From NCBI RefSeq assembly GCF_009914755.1, contig NC_060935.1: a stretch of 64,000 bases of DNA; one strand, given 5' to 3'. The notes beneath the pieces were generated by a model. It ran no database searches, was not told the DNA's origin, and saw nothing but the letters and a program-made list of their open reading frames with translations. Origin of the DNA: the human T2T-CHM13v2.0 reference genome, Homo sapiens. A program made the position numbers and the translations under genes. This document shows positions 39,276-53,616 of this stretch, piece by piece. Within the stretch, counting starts at the first letter, position 1. The number at the start of each line of letters is the position of its first letter.

Positions 39276-42200
39276 TGCTCCCCTCCATGCCTGCCCGACC
39301 CTTTGCTGATGACACATTCCTGAGACCTCAAAGGAGTCCTACTTTGAATCATGAATGGCCTCGCGTTTCCCCAGAGGGCATGACGCAAGCTTCGCCACCT
39401 CACTCCCACCCTCACCACTGGCTGGTTGCTCTTAGGAAGATGCTGTTTACAGGATCACGCAGTGGTTCAGGCCACCACGATGCCACTTCCCCTGCTCTTA
39501 ACCCCCCACCAAACTGCAGGTGGCTTCCCTGGGAGACTCGGGGCAACACCCTCTCGTCCTGTATGAAGCTTGTACCTTTCTCCACCCAAGTGAGTGACAG
39601 CTGGCGGGAGTTTTGCACTGTGGAACAGGGTACACAAAGACACTGGAGTGAGAAGGCAGGGGCATGGCCAGTCTATGTCTAGGAGGTGGTGGCTCCACCT
39701 TCCTTGTGGACTCAGCTTTGGAGTCATGCAGGCTGCTCTCTGGGCACTCCTGTGAGCCATTTCTTCTGCTGATAGGGAGGAACGTCCCACTGCCCCGAGA
39801 TGGGTTCTGTGCAGAGTCTCCCCAGGGTCAAGACAGGAGCTAGAATGTATGTCATAGAAGGATGATCTAAATGGTGACTTCTGGCTGGTGAGGAGAGGCT
39901 ATGGCACCTCCACGGCTGGTGGCCTCTTGCTGAAGTAAGCATGGTCAGCATCCCCCCTGCACCCTGTGGAGGTGGCTTAATGCATTCCCTTGACTGCAAA
40001 GGACTCCTTGCCAAAGAGACCTTCTTCCCCATGAGGCTGAGGCCTCCTAGGACCCTCAGTGCTCAGGAAATTATAACCAGCCACCCCCATCTCCATTCAT
40101 TGGAGAAGGAGTGACGGCCGCCTCAGTGCCATTAACTCTGTGCTGTGATTAAATGGATCCCAAGGAGACTCCTGCTCAGGGACACCCCCTGTAGGACTGA
40201 TGCCAGGGCTAGGCTTGCCGCACAGTGCTCTATTCCTTTGGTTATGCACCTTCCTTGGCAGAATCCACGCTTACCAAGAGGAGTCACTCTGAGCTGCTTG
40301 CTGCCAGTCACATGCTTAGCAGTAGAAGATATCTTGTGCTTGTCAGGTGACTGTGAGTGAGAGGGAAGGGGGCCCAGCGTGAAGCCAGGTGGGACGGCTT
40401 CTGCGGGGCAAGACACCCCACTGGAGGAGGCAGGGGCGCGCTGTGCAGGCCTCAGCACCAGCTCTGGCTGCTGTGGTGGGATCTCAGATCAGTCACTTTG
40501 CCTTTTTGGCCTCAGTTTTCTCATCTGTACATCATGGATTTGGGATTAAAGGATTTCTGAAGATTTTACTCATTCTGAGATTATGGTCCCTGGAAACCTT
40601 TAGGGAAAAGGGAGCTTCTTCTCTTCATTATTTTAACATACTTGATCTTTTATGTTCTTTGGTAGGGAGAGATGATAGGTAGTTAGAGAAGAAGCAGCTC
40701 AGTGAAAAAGCTGAAAGCCTTGTGGAAAAATAAGTTAAATTGACCCACTGTGACTCCAGGGACCTGGGGAGACTTTGATGTCCGTGTTTTTGATTACAAG
40801 TCTCTTCTCTCAGAGTGAAGATGCGCAGTTCTAAGGAATTATGCCCAATGGCAGAATTGGCAAGGGACAGGGAACTGTCCAGCAGAGAAGCTGCTGAAAC
40901 CCTTCAGGGAACATTCCATTCCGCCAGGGCCCGGCTCTCACGCTCTGCTCTGCAGCGCATCCGGTGCCAAGGAGGGGAGTAGCGAACGTTGACCTTGTCC
41001 CTAAGGAGCTTACACGCAGGGAGGTCAGCACAGACACTGGAATATCTAGGACTCTGCTATCGAAAAACACAATTGCTGGCACATGGGTTCAGAAGACAGA
41101 GAAGGAAAAGAGCTGTAAAGAGTTGGGTGGGCTGAGGTTTGAAATGGGCTTTAATTATGACTGGACACAATTTGGTGACAAATGGGTGAAATTTCAAGCA
41201 GAAGAGGTAGCATGAGCAAAAAGGGGTGTGCAGTCTTTGTGAAGAGAAGGGGGAGGGAGTGGCAAGGGAATAGGACAGAGAGGAGGAGGAGGGAGAGGAA
41301 GCCAGAGATAAGGAGCCAGGGGGGGAAGAAAAGGGCAGAAACGAATGTGAAGGAGATTCTGAAGACAAGCCACTGTGGTGGTCCAGGTGGTTCCATGGTG
41401 CCGCGCCAAGCCAGGGGCTTGGAATTTAGTCTGGGAGGATGGTGCTGAGTATGGATGAGGAAGGAGAGGAATGGAGAGGGGAGAAACGGGAAGGTACTTC
41501 ACACTGATTAAGCAAGCTCCTCACAGGGCTATGACTTCTCCCTTCTCAGAAGGAGGTGCCCTGTGGCATGCCTCTAGGCCCAGAGTTAAAGAGCTGGAGC
41601 CATTAGGAGCAGCAAGGGGCTGCCTCCCCACTTGTCTGGTTACTTCTGGTTACTTCTCCCTCAGGGTAAGTCCTCATGAGGGATCATCTCTGCCCATGGA
41701 GCTGCTTCCGCTGCCCTTAGGCTGGTGTAAGAGGAAGGCTGTGTACCAGAGGTAGATCTTGCTCCTAGTCCACCAGCAAAACACATCCAGTTATTTCTAT
41801 GCCTCAGTCTCCCTTCCCCACACTGATCTCTTTATTCCCCTACTACCTAGAAATGGAAGGGAGACAATGAGGTGGGAAATAGAGTTTTTCGAAAGGTGTT
41901 TTTTGGATAAGACAAAGGCCTCTCAGAGCAGAGCTGGCCATTGGAATGGTTTCCTTTTGTTATTTAATACCGGGGCTTTCACACAGGAGTTTAGCCCAGC
42001 TTTTAAGTCTTCAGTATCAAATAGTAGTTGGTGTCACATCCCTGCTGAAATACAGCCATGAGAATGTTTCTTAGTGATAGATTTAGGTTGTACTCCTTAA
42101 GAAAAGCCCAAATGTCAAGAATTGCTTCCCACTGGTACACTTTATTGGGGAGAAGGGCATCTCAAATAGAAGGATGGTTGGTCTGTCTAGAAATGGTAAG

Positions 42201-43719
42201 AATACTACAGGTTAAAGGCAGTGGTGGTCTGGACTAAATGACCCCTGAAACTCGGATTTTATGGTGTTTTCAATCTCTGGCTGAGTACAGGTTCCTCCCT
42301 CTCCCTTTGTGCCTCCTTGGGGACCTGGGCTATTTTCTCCTCCGTGAAAGAGAATGGATACATCCATTATGAAAACCAATTGATATAATTTGAGCCTGCA
42401 TGCAGGTAAAAACTATATTAAGAAGGTTTATAAAATCTAACCTTCTGGCTTAACAAGCTGATTCTCAAAGTGGCCTCTCAGACCCTGGCTGAGGGATGGT
42501 GGTCAGGGGTTGCAGAGGGACCCGCACAGCTGCTGAGGAGGCTGTGGGACAGGAGGCGCTATCACTGTCTACCTCTTCCATCCATGCACCTGTGTGCAGG
42601 TGTGAGAAGGGCACCGTGCTGCAAAGAAGGGTCCTTTCCACCCTCTGCGGGTTGCTGCCGGCTCCCCGATGCCTGCCTCTGAGGCCTGAGCCTGGGGCTG
42701 GGGAGTGTGCTGGCCTCACCTCTGGAGGATACTGCCTCAGTGTTACAGCCTGACCCCCCACCTTGTCATCACTGCCTACTACAGACCAGAGGGGACGGCC
42801 ACAGAGACTCTGCAACCATGGGCTCTGCCCTTCTTCCTTCTGCCTGTGTATCTGTGAAAAACTTCTTTTTTTTTTTTAAATGGAGAAAGCTACCTTGACT
42901 TCTCAGAGAGTTGAATGGGGTCAGGGGATAGAATCTATATTTTTTAGTTATGGGCACTTACCCATATTCAAAAAGATTTGAGGAGGCTGGCAGAATGGAG
43001 CTGGGAGAAGAAAACCCTCCCCTGGGAGGAAGCTGTCCTGTGCATGTTGGCCAGGCTGCCTCTTTGATTAGGGACAATGGAAACCAGCCTGAGGGCACGG
43101 GTGAAAGCAGTTGAGTGTAGAGGAGGCACTGCAGCAGAAGCCAGAGGACACAGGAGCCAGTGAAGACACACAATAAGTCAGAAAGGAGGGATCTTTGCAG
43201 CCCCAAAAGTAGAAATTCTTACCATCTACTGCAAAGAGCAAAAGTTGAAAATTGGTCTGATTTCTATCTAAATGTGCTTACATATTCGTGTTCTGTTAAA
43301 TACTTCTGTAACCTGTGTGTCTCACATAAATGCAGCTTTCTTTAGTTTTGGAAATAAATCACATGAATCCTGAATAGTAGTCTTTAATAATTTGCTTAGT
43401 TGTAGGGCAGTGTTGTGTTTTCAGAAGGCAAGTGTATTTGCTAGAAGAGTGAGCTGGGAGGTGTGAACCACATCGTCACATCTGCTGTAAGCCTAGCCGT
43501 TCATAATACGGAGTTACAGTTAGGACACGTCGCCCTGAAGAGCTACCATCGAATGTGTGCTCATCAAATGCCTGGCAGCGTCCTCGGTGCTTCACCTGCC
43601 ATAGCCGACAGTGGCTGACCTCCCATGCCTGTTGCCTTTTCTTTCTGTTGGATCAGGGATACACTGCCATGTGTGTTAAGAAAAGCTGGCCTTACCTACA
43701 GGGCTGGCCAGTCCCGGTC

Positions 43720-44130
43720 ACGTTTCTAGTAAGCCATTGCCTTACATAAGGGTAACGGCATGGGACGCTATCTTAGCCAATGTGATAAAAGTGGACATGA
43801 GGTGAGAGGCTTCAGAGAGAGGTTTTAAAAAAGAGACAAAAGCAGGACGTTGCCTCTCTTCCTCCTCTCCACGTGTCCTACCCGGATGTGAAGCCAAAAC
43901 AGATGCAGGCTTAGTGCAACCATGGGGAACCCAGCATAAGCACAGATTCAACAGCAGAAGAGTGGCAGAGGGAGAAGGTGAAAGGAACCTAGGTTTTCCT
44001 GTCCTTGTTGAGTCATTCAGTTAAAAATCCCTGGAATTTTCCTCTCTCCGGCAGTATGTTTTGTGGGATAATGAGTTGCCTTATTGGGGTTGGCTTGCTA
44101 GTCGGGATGTTTCGCTCCCATCAACATCCA
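43720..44130 (+). mobile_element. MLT1 (J/K-like) LTR relic
   Basis: tagccaatgtgataaaagtgga...gatgtgaagcc...tgcaaccatgggg...gagtggcagag...aggaacctagg. Confidence 0.6.
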
Positions 44131-45110
44131 TACGCTTGCTCTGTGAACCAATGACCTGATGAGGTAGTATTAGCACCACCATCATTATGCTGAGGATGAG
44201 ATTTATGGCACAGTGGTTCAGTAGCTTGCCCAAGGCCATGCGGCTGGTAGGTTCTGGAGGAGGGCTCAGGGCACCCCCTGAGCTACCCCTGCTGGCCATT
44301 GCACCACCCCATAAAGCTGCTGGCAGTCACTTCTCTGAGGGGTTAGCATGTAAGAAATGTCCTCCTGAATGCTGGCCAGACAAATGGAAATCTGCCAGGG
44401 TTGGGTACCCCCATGACAGCAGCCAGCCTGCCCTCTTAGTCCCTGACAGCTGCAGTGACAGCATCTGTGATTGCAAAGCGTGACAATTTATATCTCTCAT
44501 TTCATCACACCATCTATCAGCAGACAGTCAGGCTTTAAAAATCAATCCCACACTGACTCAGTCCCCAGCAGAGATGGCCTCTGACAACAGTATCCACACT
44601 GCAGGCTGGACAAGGGCCCTATTAATTTTGAGACTCAGCCAAATTTCCTTCTGACCCTAAGCTGGTGAATCCCTGCTCCTTTGCTTTGGTTGGGGTTGGT
44701 GTGAGCTAAGGCTGTGATCCCATTTGCTCCTATGGCCTCCAGGTGGCCTGGGCCTCCATGAATGGGCCACATGGTCATACTGAATGCTTGATTACACTCA
44801 GACCTAGCAGTCGTCTGGGCGCAGCTGGTTTATGGATCACTTTGTCACAATGTTCCATCCTTCCAGGTCCCCATCCCCGCGGTGGGAAAACATTGCTTTA
44901 GGCAGTGCTAGAGGACTTCAGCAGGCATTGGCAGCTTCTGGATTCAGGATTAGAACAAAGAAGGAGGAGTCACAGCAAAGATAGGAACAGAAGGCAGAGA
45001 GAACAGACAGATGGGGGTGTTTGAGAAGGAGGGCCTTTGAGACCTCAGGGAGTGGGAGACACTGGCTCGAGAATAATAATAATGGCAATTTCTCTCATCT
45101 GTGTTTTCAG

Positions 45111-45177
45111 GGCATGGACTGGAACTCCCAATACCCCTGACATGGGCTGAGTCAACGTGGTCATGAACATGTGACAG
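45111..45177 (+). ncRNA. Candidate internal exon (67 nt)
   Basis: Acceptor tttctctcatctgtgttttcag|G; weak donor CAG|GTAGCA. Confidence 0.2.
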
Positions 45178-45184
45178 GTAGCAA

Positions 45185-45410
45185 TGACAATGGCTATCTC
45201 TTCTTGAGTCCTTATTTTGTGCCATCACTTCATTAATTACATAGATGATCTCATTTGATCCTCATAACAACCCTGTGAAGTACATACTATTACTGCTTCC
45301 ATTTTATGGATGAGTAACTGAGACCCAGTGGAATTAAGTTAGTTTTGCAAGGTCATATAACTGGTAGACATCAGAGCCTGGGATGGAACACAGATCTTCC
45401 CTTTCCAAGT
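45185..45410 (-). mobile_element. MIR SINE
   Basis: tctcatttgatcctcataacaaccctgtgaag...ccattttatggatgagtaactgagaccc. Confidence 0.8.
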
Positions 45411-46479
45411 TTAATGGGCTCCCAGCTAGCCTAGAGAGATGGTCCTGTTCCTGAGCCCTTAGGATAAATTTGCCTCTCACATCCAGAAGTTGGAAGAAAT
45501 GCCAGAGAGTTGCACCTTTCATTAGGAGGCAGAGAGAAGAGTCCGTGACCGGGATTTGCTTGTGCAGTTGTTTATTAACTACCTGGGCATTTTGCTGATG
45601 GTGCAATTTGCAGAGCTGTTAATGGTAATGAAACTCCTGTGACTGTCAGGAGACACAGGGGAAGCCAAGGAGAAGTGAGAGGTGGCTGCCAGGTCCCTGA
45701 GCTGCCCTTTGCAGGGATTAATGAGGTCTGTGTCTTCTCCTGCTTTAGACAACTCCCGAAAATGTCAGGTGCCCCCTAGACTGTCCTGTGAGCCTGTCAG
45801 CCTCCCTTCCTGCCACACCAGTCATTGGAGGAGAAACTGCCATGATGTTATGCCTTTGCCGTTCCCTCCACACTTGAATTTGGGGCTCTGAGGGCTGTTC
45901 AGGCACACGTTGTATAGTTCCAGAGCCAACTTTGAGTCCAATCGCTGGACCTCCAAAATCATGCTTATTTAATGGCCTGTGTTGCTTTGTACAATAAGGG
46001 TTGAGAATCAATCAAATCCATAATGAGGGGAAGCTAGATTCTAGGCATTCAATGTCCATTCAGGTCCTTACAAGCTATGTATGGCTGTGGAGAAGAGGGA
46101 AATAGGAGAGTGCATGCACCAGCGGAGAGCCTGAGCTGAGCTCCCATCAAGCAGCCTCAAGCCTGGGCTCCTAGGGTGTGGGTTCTGAACGGTGGTTAAG
46201 CTCAGAGCCCTGGGGCCCTGCCTCTTCAGGGTTAAAGGAGCTGGAAGAGGCCACAGCAAAAGCTCGCAAAGTTGTCCTCCACTCTCAGCCCAAGGGTGTA
46301 GGTCTGCATCATTCCTTCCACTGTCACTGAGCACTTTTCGTGGGTCAGCCACTCCTCCAGTCTGGGGAAAAAGCACTGTTTAAGATGCAGGGCTGGAGTC
46401 CAGGAACTCCGTCTGGTGGCAGAGGTAGACAGGCAGCCAAGTTCATTTAAGGAGGAACAGTGGTGGCCACTGCTGGGAG

Positions 46480-46543
46480 GGAGTACCCAGGGAGGAGAAA
46501 GAAGTACCCAGGGAGGAGAGAGAAGTCCCCAGGGAGGAGAGAG
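46480..46543. repeat. Short purine-rich tandem repeat, 3 x 21 bp
   Basis: gaagt(a/c)cccagggaggaga(a/g)a repeated three times. Confidence 0.85.
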
Positions 46544-46892
46544 ATGAGAGGCAATGATTCCACCTGCGGGGGTCTGCAGAGCCCTCAGAGGGTTGCCACT
46601 GGGTGGGTGGGGGGCACTGAGGATTCCCCCAAGCAGAGAGATGGGGAAGAGGTGGTGGAGGGTGAGGGAAAGAAGGTGGGTTTCACAGCCTCAGAGTGGG
46701 CACAAACCTTGATTCTGAAAGATACTTGCTGTGAGACCTGGGCATGCTCATGAATGGGCCCCAACTTCAATTTCATCAGCAAAAGAAGGGTGAGGCCCAT
46801 TTTTTGTGATTGCAGTCAGCATGTAATGTGGATGAGGCATCGATCCATGTGAGCACATTTCTCTGAATGCTGGTTTCTTCTCTACATTCCAG

Positions 46893-46996
46893 GAGGCAGC
46901 AGAAGTTGCAGAGAAGAGTGAGGCACGTTTGAAAAAGGCTGAAAAATGTTTCTGTCCAGGCAAGGGTGTGTGCTGAATGACTCAAGGATTTTTTGG
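46893..46996 (+). ncRNA. Candidate internal exon (104 nt)
   Basis: Acceptor tttcttctctacattccag|G, purine-rich GAAG content, donor TGG|GTATGT. Confidence 0.3.
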
Positions 46997-47748
46997 GTAT
47001 GTCATTTCCCATTTCTCACCCTCAAATAGGACTCCGCTTCCCATCTAAGCATTTGTATAAATATTGATTATTGGTTAGTGTGTATCAGAGAGCTATTGAG
47101 TAAAAATTATATCAGAAAAATTAAGAATCTCTAGAGATGGCAAGGTGTGAAACAAAAAACGCCAGGAAGGTAAATGCTCAAAGTTCACCACACACCACAG
47201 TGAGAAGTGTTGGGGGCCCAGGTCTCTGAGGCTGCCCAGAGGGGCTCAAGGTTTGTAGTGAATACAGGAATCAGCTGGAAGCTGTAGGCCATGTGACCCT
47301 TGGACCCCCATTCCAGGAGTAGTTGAACACGTCTGGGCAGGACCCCGGAATCTGCATTCCCAAGGGAGTGCCTGGTGATTCTAATACAGCAGGGCCTGAT
47401 CCACCCTGAATCCATTGCCCATCTCCATCAAAGCTTCCTTTCACCAGTCAAGCCCCTGGCTGGGGAAAGGTCTGGAAACAGAAGTGGAGAATAAAGTTCT
47501 GGGAAGAGTTCTATCCCCATGGCCATCCTGCCAATAGGAAGCCTGCCAATGTCGTGGTCTCAGGGGTGTTGGGTGTGGCCCAGCTGGAGAAGCATCCCTG
47601 GGGGTGGTCAGGAGGCTTCTGGCTTCTGGGCCCTTCTGCAGCCAATGCCTAAGGCAGCGAGGCCAGCCATTCCTAGAGAGCCAACTCTCAGGCGGGGATC
47701 AGCTCCCACACACAGTGGGACTCGAGGGGCACTGGAGAGCTCCTCTTT

Positions 47749-48007
47749 CCAGAGTATCTCCCCCTCCGGCCGGAAGTTCTGTCTAACCGATACGGGTTAT
47801 CCAGAGTATCTCCCCCTCCGGCCGGAAGTTCTGTCTAACCGATACGGGTTATCCAGAGTATCTCCCCCTCCGGCCGGAAGTTCTGTCTAACCGATACGGG
47901 TTATCCAGAGTATCTCCCCCTCCGGCCTGAAGTTCTGTCTAACCGATACGGGTTATCCAGAGTATCTCCCCTTCCGGCCGGAAGTTCTGTCTAACCGATA
48001 CGGGTTA
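47749..48007. repeat. CpG-rich minisatellite, 5 x 52 bp
   Basis: Unit ccagagtatctccccctccggccggaagttctgtctaaccgatacgggttat at 47749, 47801, 47853, 47905 and 47957. Confidence 0.97.
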
Positions 48008-49214
48008 AAATCCTGAAGGCCCCCTGCCAGTGTGCAGGCATGATGTCCCAAAGGGGCAACATCTTAGACCAGCTGCACTCAGAGAGCTGCTCTAAGTAGA
48101 AGTGAGCCGGGCTCCGGAGCTGTGGACCAGGACACAGAGGGAATGACATATTCAGATTCAGTCTGAATCAAGAAGAAAAGTGTCCAGATGGGCATGAGTT
48201 ATTTTAACCTGATGCATTTAACCCACTATTTATTTGGCTCTGAAATTGGTTCTGTGGAAAGACAGTTTCTGCTCCTACCCGGAGCACCCAATTAGTCACA
48301 ATACTGGGAGACTCAAATCCATGTCAATAGGAACGTTGTATAGAGGGTGGTTGAAGATGAGGGCCTGGCATCTGGGTGAAGTATTGATGGATGTGCAGAA
48401 TTCTAATGGCAGAAGTGAGGTATGTGTGCATGGGCGGGTGCGTGTGTGTGAGTAAGGTGAGGGTGTGTCTCCAGAGGAGGCAGTGGCCTAATAAAGTTCA
48501 GTTGAACTGAATGAAGGATCCTTACAGGAGGCAGTTAGGCTTGGGGCTTGAGGAACTCCTGAATGCCAGATTCAGAAGTCTGTACTTCTAGGGGAGCAGC
48601 TGGGGTTTCTGACCCAGAGACTGACATGTGCTTTGAAAAGCTGATCTGGTGGCGTAAGATTGGAGAGGGCCTGATGATGGCAGCACAGAGAACAGTCATG
48701 AGGCTCTTACAGCTGTCTAGCGTGGTGAAAGCTTGCCCCGGCAAGTGGCCTTTGGAGAAGAAATACTCTCAGGTAGTACTCACTAAGTGCCTGCCATATG
48801 CAGAGAGTTCACACTGGTAACTCTAATCGTAGCAATCAGCCAGTCGGGTGAAGGCGATTCCCACCGTTCATTCTTCCAACTCAATATGCATTGAGCGCTT
48901 CTTTGATCCACTTGTGGGATAGACACGGCCTTCACTCTCAGAGAGCCGACCTTCTCATATCTTTTGCATGGCTCTTTTCAGAGAGGAGAAAACTGAGAGA
49001 GAAAACCAGCAACTTACTCAAGGCTCACCAGCTAGTAACTGATGGGGTGTGGATTCAAACGTGTGCCTTGCTGGCTGCAAATGGCCTAAAAACACTCCCT
49101 GATATTTCCTGATCATTTCCTGGGCAAGGTGATATGTGGATTATTATTTATGTGCTATCATTTGATCATCCTAACAACTTTAATGACGGAGGTATTAATT
49201 ATAACCCATTTTTA

Positions 49215-49595
<381 letters not shown>

Positions 49596-50229
49596 TAGTT
49601 AGATCTTTGTTTCCAGGCCATCTGATATCAGAGCCTTACTCTTAAGCATTGCACTATCCAAAGATCCTCTCTCCCTCCCTCCCTTCCTTCTTCCCCAAAG
49701 AATTCAATATGGTTTTGGCAACCGTGTGCAGTGTGTGTGTGTAGGTGGTGGTGGGGAGGATAAAAAGAGAAGAGTCGAAGGTGGTGCTGGGTTCTCAACC
49801 CCGTGCCCCTGGCAGATAGGGAACCGGGAAGCAGAGCAGGCCTGGGTGGAGGTTTGGGGAAGGGGAGCCAGGAGGGAACCCTAGTGTGTGGCCTTGGGGA
49901 TCCAGGGGCAGCAGAAGGATGTGGGTCCTCTGGAGGAAGAGAGACCGAATGGAGAGGAACCCTGAGTGGAAGACTGTTTTCATCTGTGGCCTGTATTCAG
50001 ACAGCTGCAGACTGAGGTCCTGATAGGAGAAGGCATTGTCCAAGAACACACTGCTGGACAAGCTGGGGGTGTTGCTCTGACAATGAGAAGAATTCTGGAT
50101 CGGGAAACAGGACTAGCTCAGGTGTGGGAGAGGGGCAGCTGCACGTCCCCACATGCGGGCTCCCTGTGCACAGGCAATGTGGCATATCTGAAGGTGCAGC
50201 CCCTGCCTTCAAGCCTCCATCATCTTCTC

Positions 50230-50446
50230 CCCAGGACAGGGATGACTGTAACTTTCTAGGCACCACCATCCAACTCATGTGCTGTGACCGTCTGTATGAC
50301 ATCTCTCTGTATGTATGTCTGTCTTCCCAGAGAGAATTGGAGTGTCTCACCAGAGGAGACCACGTCTGAAGGGCTTTGCATCCCTCCTTGGACATGTCTA
50401 ATACCTAGCACTCAGAAAGCATCCAGTAAATATTCGTGGAAAGAAA
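50230..50446 (+). mobile_element. L2 3' end relic
   Basis: tgtctgtcttccc...atacctagcactcagaaagcatccagtaaatattcgtggaaagaa. Confidence 0.6.
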
Positions 50447-50750
50447 GGAGTGGAGAAGGGGAGAAAGGGGAAAGGGAGTAGGCGAGAGAGAAGAAAGACT
50501 CTGCTTCTTGCCCAGGGCCTGGCATGGGGCGGAGGCAAAGCAGTGGGGTCCTCAGCTATGTCCCACTGTGAGTGCACAGCGAGTCCTGACCTTCAGAGGG
50601 TGCAGCCCGAGGGGCCCTGGCCTGTCTGAAGGGTGCGCCAGCCGAGTGGCCTGCTCTGACCACCAGGCTCACCCATGACTACCTGGGTGGCTACAGCCAG
50701 TTCCTGACAATGAGTACAGCACTCAGTTATCGGGGCCCTTCCACCCACAC

Positions 50751-50967
50751 GCTGTCCACTTCCTGGGGTACTGCTGTGGGCATGCGAGTGCTTGCTCCCC
50801 GGGGCACTGCTGTGGGCATGTGAGTGCTTGCTCCCCGGGGCACTGCTGTGGGCATGCGAGTGCTTGCTCCCCGGGGCACTGCTGTCCACTTCCTGGGGTA
50901 CTGCTGTGGGCATGCGAGTGCTTGCTCCCCGGGGCACTGCTGTGGACATGTGAGTGCTTGCTCCCCA
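50751..50967. repeat. Composite minisatellite A-B-B-B-A-B-B (A about 22 bp, B 36 bp)
   Basis: A = ctgctgtccacttcctggggta; B = ctgctgtgggcatg(c/t)gagtgcttgctccccggggca. Confidence 0.95.
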
Positions 50968-51417
50968 GCTCCACTAGTGACACTGGCGGCCCCTCGCTGG
51001 GGCCTTCCCCGCCTGCTCCGCTCCATTACCGCTGCCGGGCTCCTCACGTCTCTCCTTGCTGCTTCCTGCACTGGGGTGAGGAGAGTGGGGCTGGTCCCCT
51101 TGAGACCGGAGAAGCTCCAGGCTTTTAAGGAAAACTGCCAGGGACGAAGAGAAGATATCACTTCCCCACGTGGTTGGCTTCCAGATTCAGAAGGAATGTC
51201 TGTCCTTGTGGATTCCGTACCAGATGACCCCAGATGCTGCCTCAGTACTAGGTCCCTGTGGCTCTGGAGCCTTTGCTGGGTCTGGGCAGTGTCTCTTCCT
51301 CTCCAGTTCATCCTTGGGTCTCTTCACCCTTGCCAGGGGCAGGCTTCCTGGTGAGAGGTCGACCTCCTGCATGAAGGCTCTCAAGAGGCCAGTTCAAAGC
51401 CAAGCTCCGGGTCTGTG

Positions 51418-52181
51418 CCTGTGGGGCTGCTCCTCGATCAGGAGATGGTCACTCCCCTCCTGGTCTGTATCTGTGGGATTCTCCTCCATCAGGAGATGGT
51501 CTCTCCCCTCCTGGTCTATACCCGTGGGATTCTTCTCCATCAGGAGATGGTCACTCCCCATCCTGGTCTATACCCGTGGGATTCTCCTCCATTAGATGGT
51601 CACTCCCCTCCTGGTCTATTCCCGTGGGGCTGCTCCTCCATCAGGAGGTGGTCACTCCCCGTCCTGGTCTATACCCGTGGGGCTGCTCCTCCATCAGGAG
51701 ATAGTCACTCCCCCTCCTGGTCTATACCCGTGGGATTCTCCTCCATCTGGAGATGGTCACTCCCCTCCTGGTCTATACCCATGGGATTCTCCTCCATCTG
51801 GAGATGGTCACTCCCCTCCTGGTCTATACCCATGGGATTCTCCTCCATCTGGAGATAGTCACTCCCCTCCTGGTCTATACCCGTGGGGTTCTCCTCAATC
51901 AGGAGGTGGTCACTCCCCTCCTGGTCTATACCCGTGGGATTCTCCTCCATCAGGAGATGGTCACTCTCCCTCCTGGTCTATACCCGTGGGGCTGCTCCTC
52001 CATCAGGAGATGGTCACTCCCCTCCTGGTCTATACCTGTGGGATTCTCCTCCCTCAGAAGATGGTCACTCCCCCTCCTGGTCTATACCCATGGGATTCTC
52101 CTCCCTCAGAAGATGGTCACTCCCCCTCCTGGTCTATACCCGTGGGGCTGCTCCTCCATCAGGAGATGGTCACTCTCCCTC
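51418..52181. repeat. Minisatellite, about 15 x 51-53 bp
   Basis: Unit ccatcaggagatggtcactcccctcctggtctatacccgtgggattctcct; 15 ggtcactc-type anchors counted. Confidence 0.96.
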
Positions 52182-52197
52182 TCGGTTGCTCAGTCCA

Positions 52198-53230
<1,033 letters not shown>

Positions 53231-53616
53231 ATTATGCTGTCATAACCACACCCCATATTCACCCTTACACGATGTGTCCCTCTCTGGCCAGCTAGGGGCT
53301 CAGCTCCATGAGCCCCTTGTCCTGGCAACAAAGCTGGCTGGGGCGGCCACCTGAAGTATGTCTCATGGAGCTGACTCAATGAGAGACACAGTTCATTCCA
53401 TGCACAGTCCACGCCACAGTAAGTCACGTGGCCAGCGCTGACTTCCCCTGCACAGGAAGAACCTGCACCCACCACCCGCGGAGAAGGATCTAGAGCTGGG
53501 ATGACTGAGCAGGATGCTAACAACCTCAAAGTTCTTCTTAGACCTCATGTCTTGAACAGCCCTAGGCAACATAGCAACACACGCCATGACAACCCCACAA
53601 GAAGGCAACCCGTCCT

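Noticed and set aside
44000-47000. Cluster of AP-1 heptamers (about 44009, 44554, 45148, 46978)
   Set aside because: About 8 such heptamers are expected by chance in 64 kb and roughly 11 were noticed, so enrichment is unconvincing without chromatin data.
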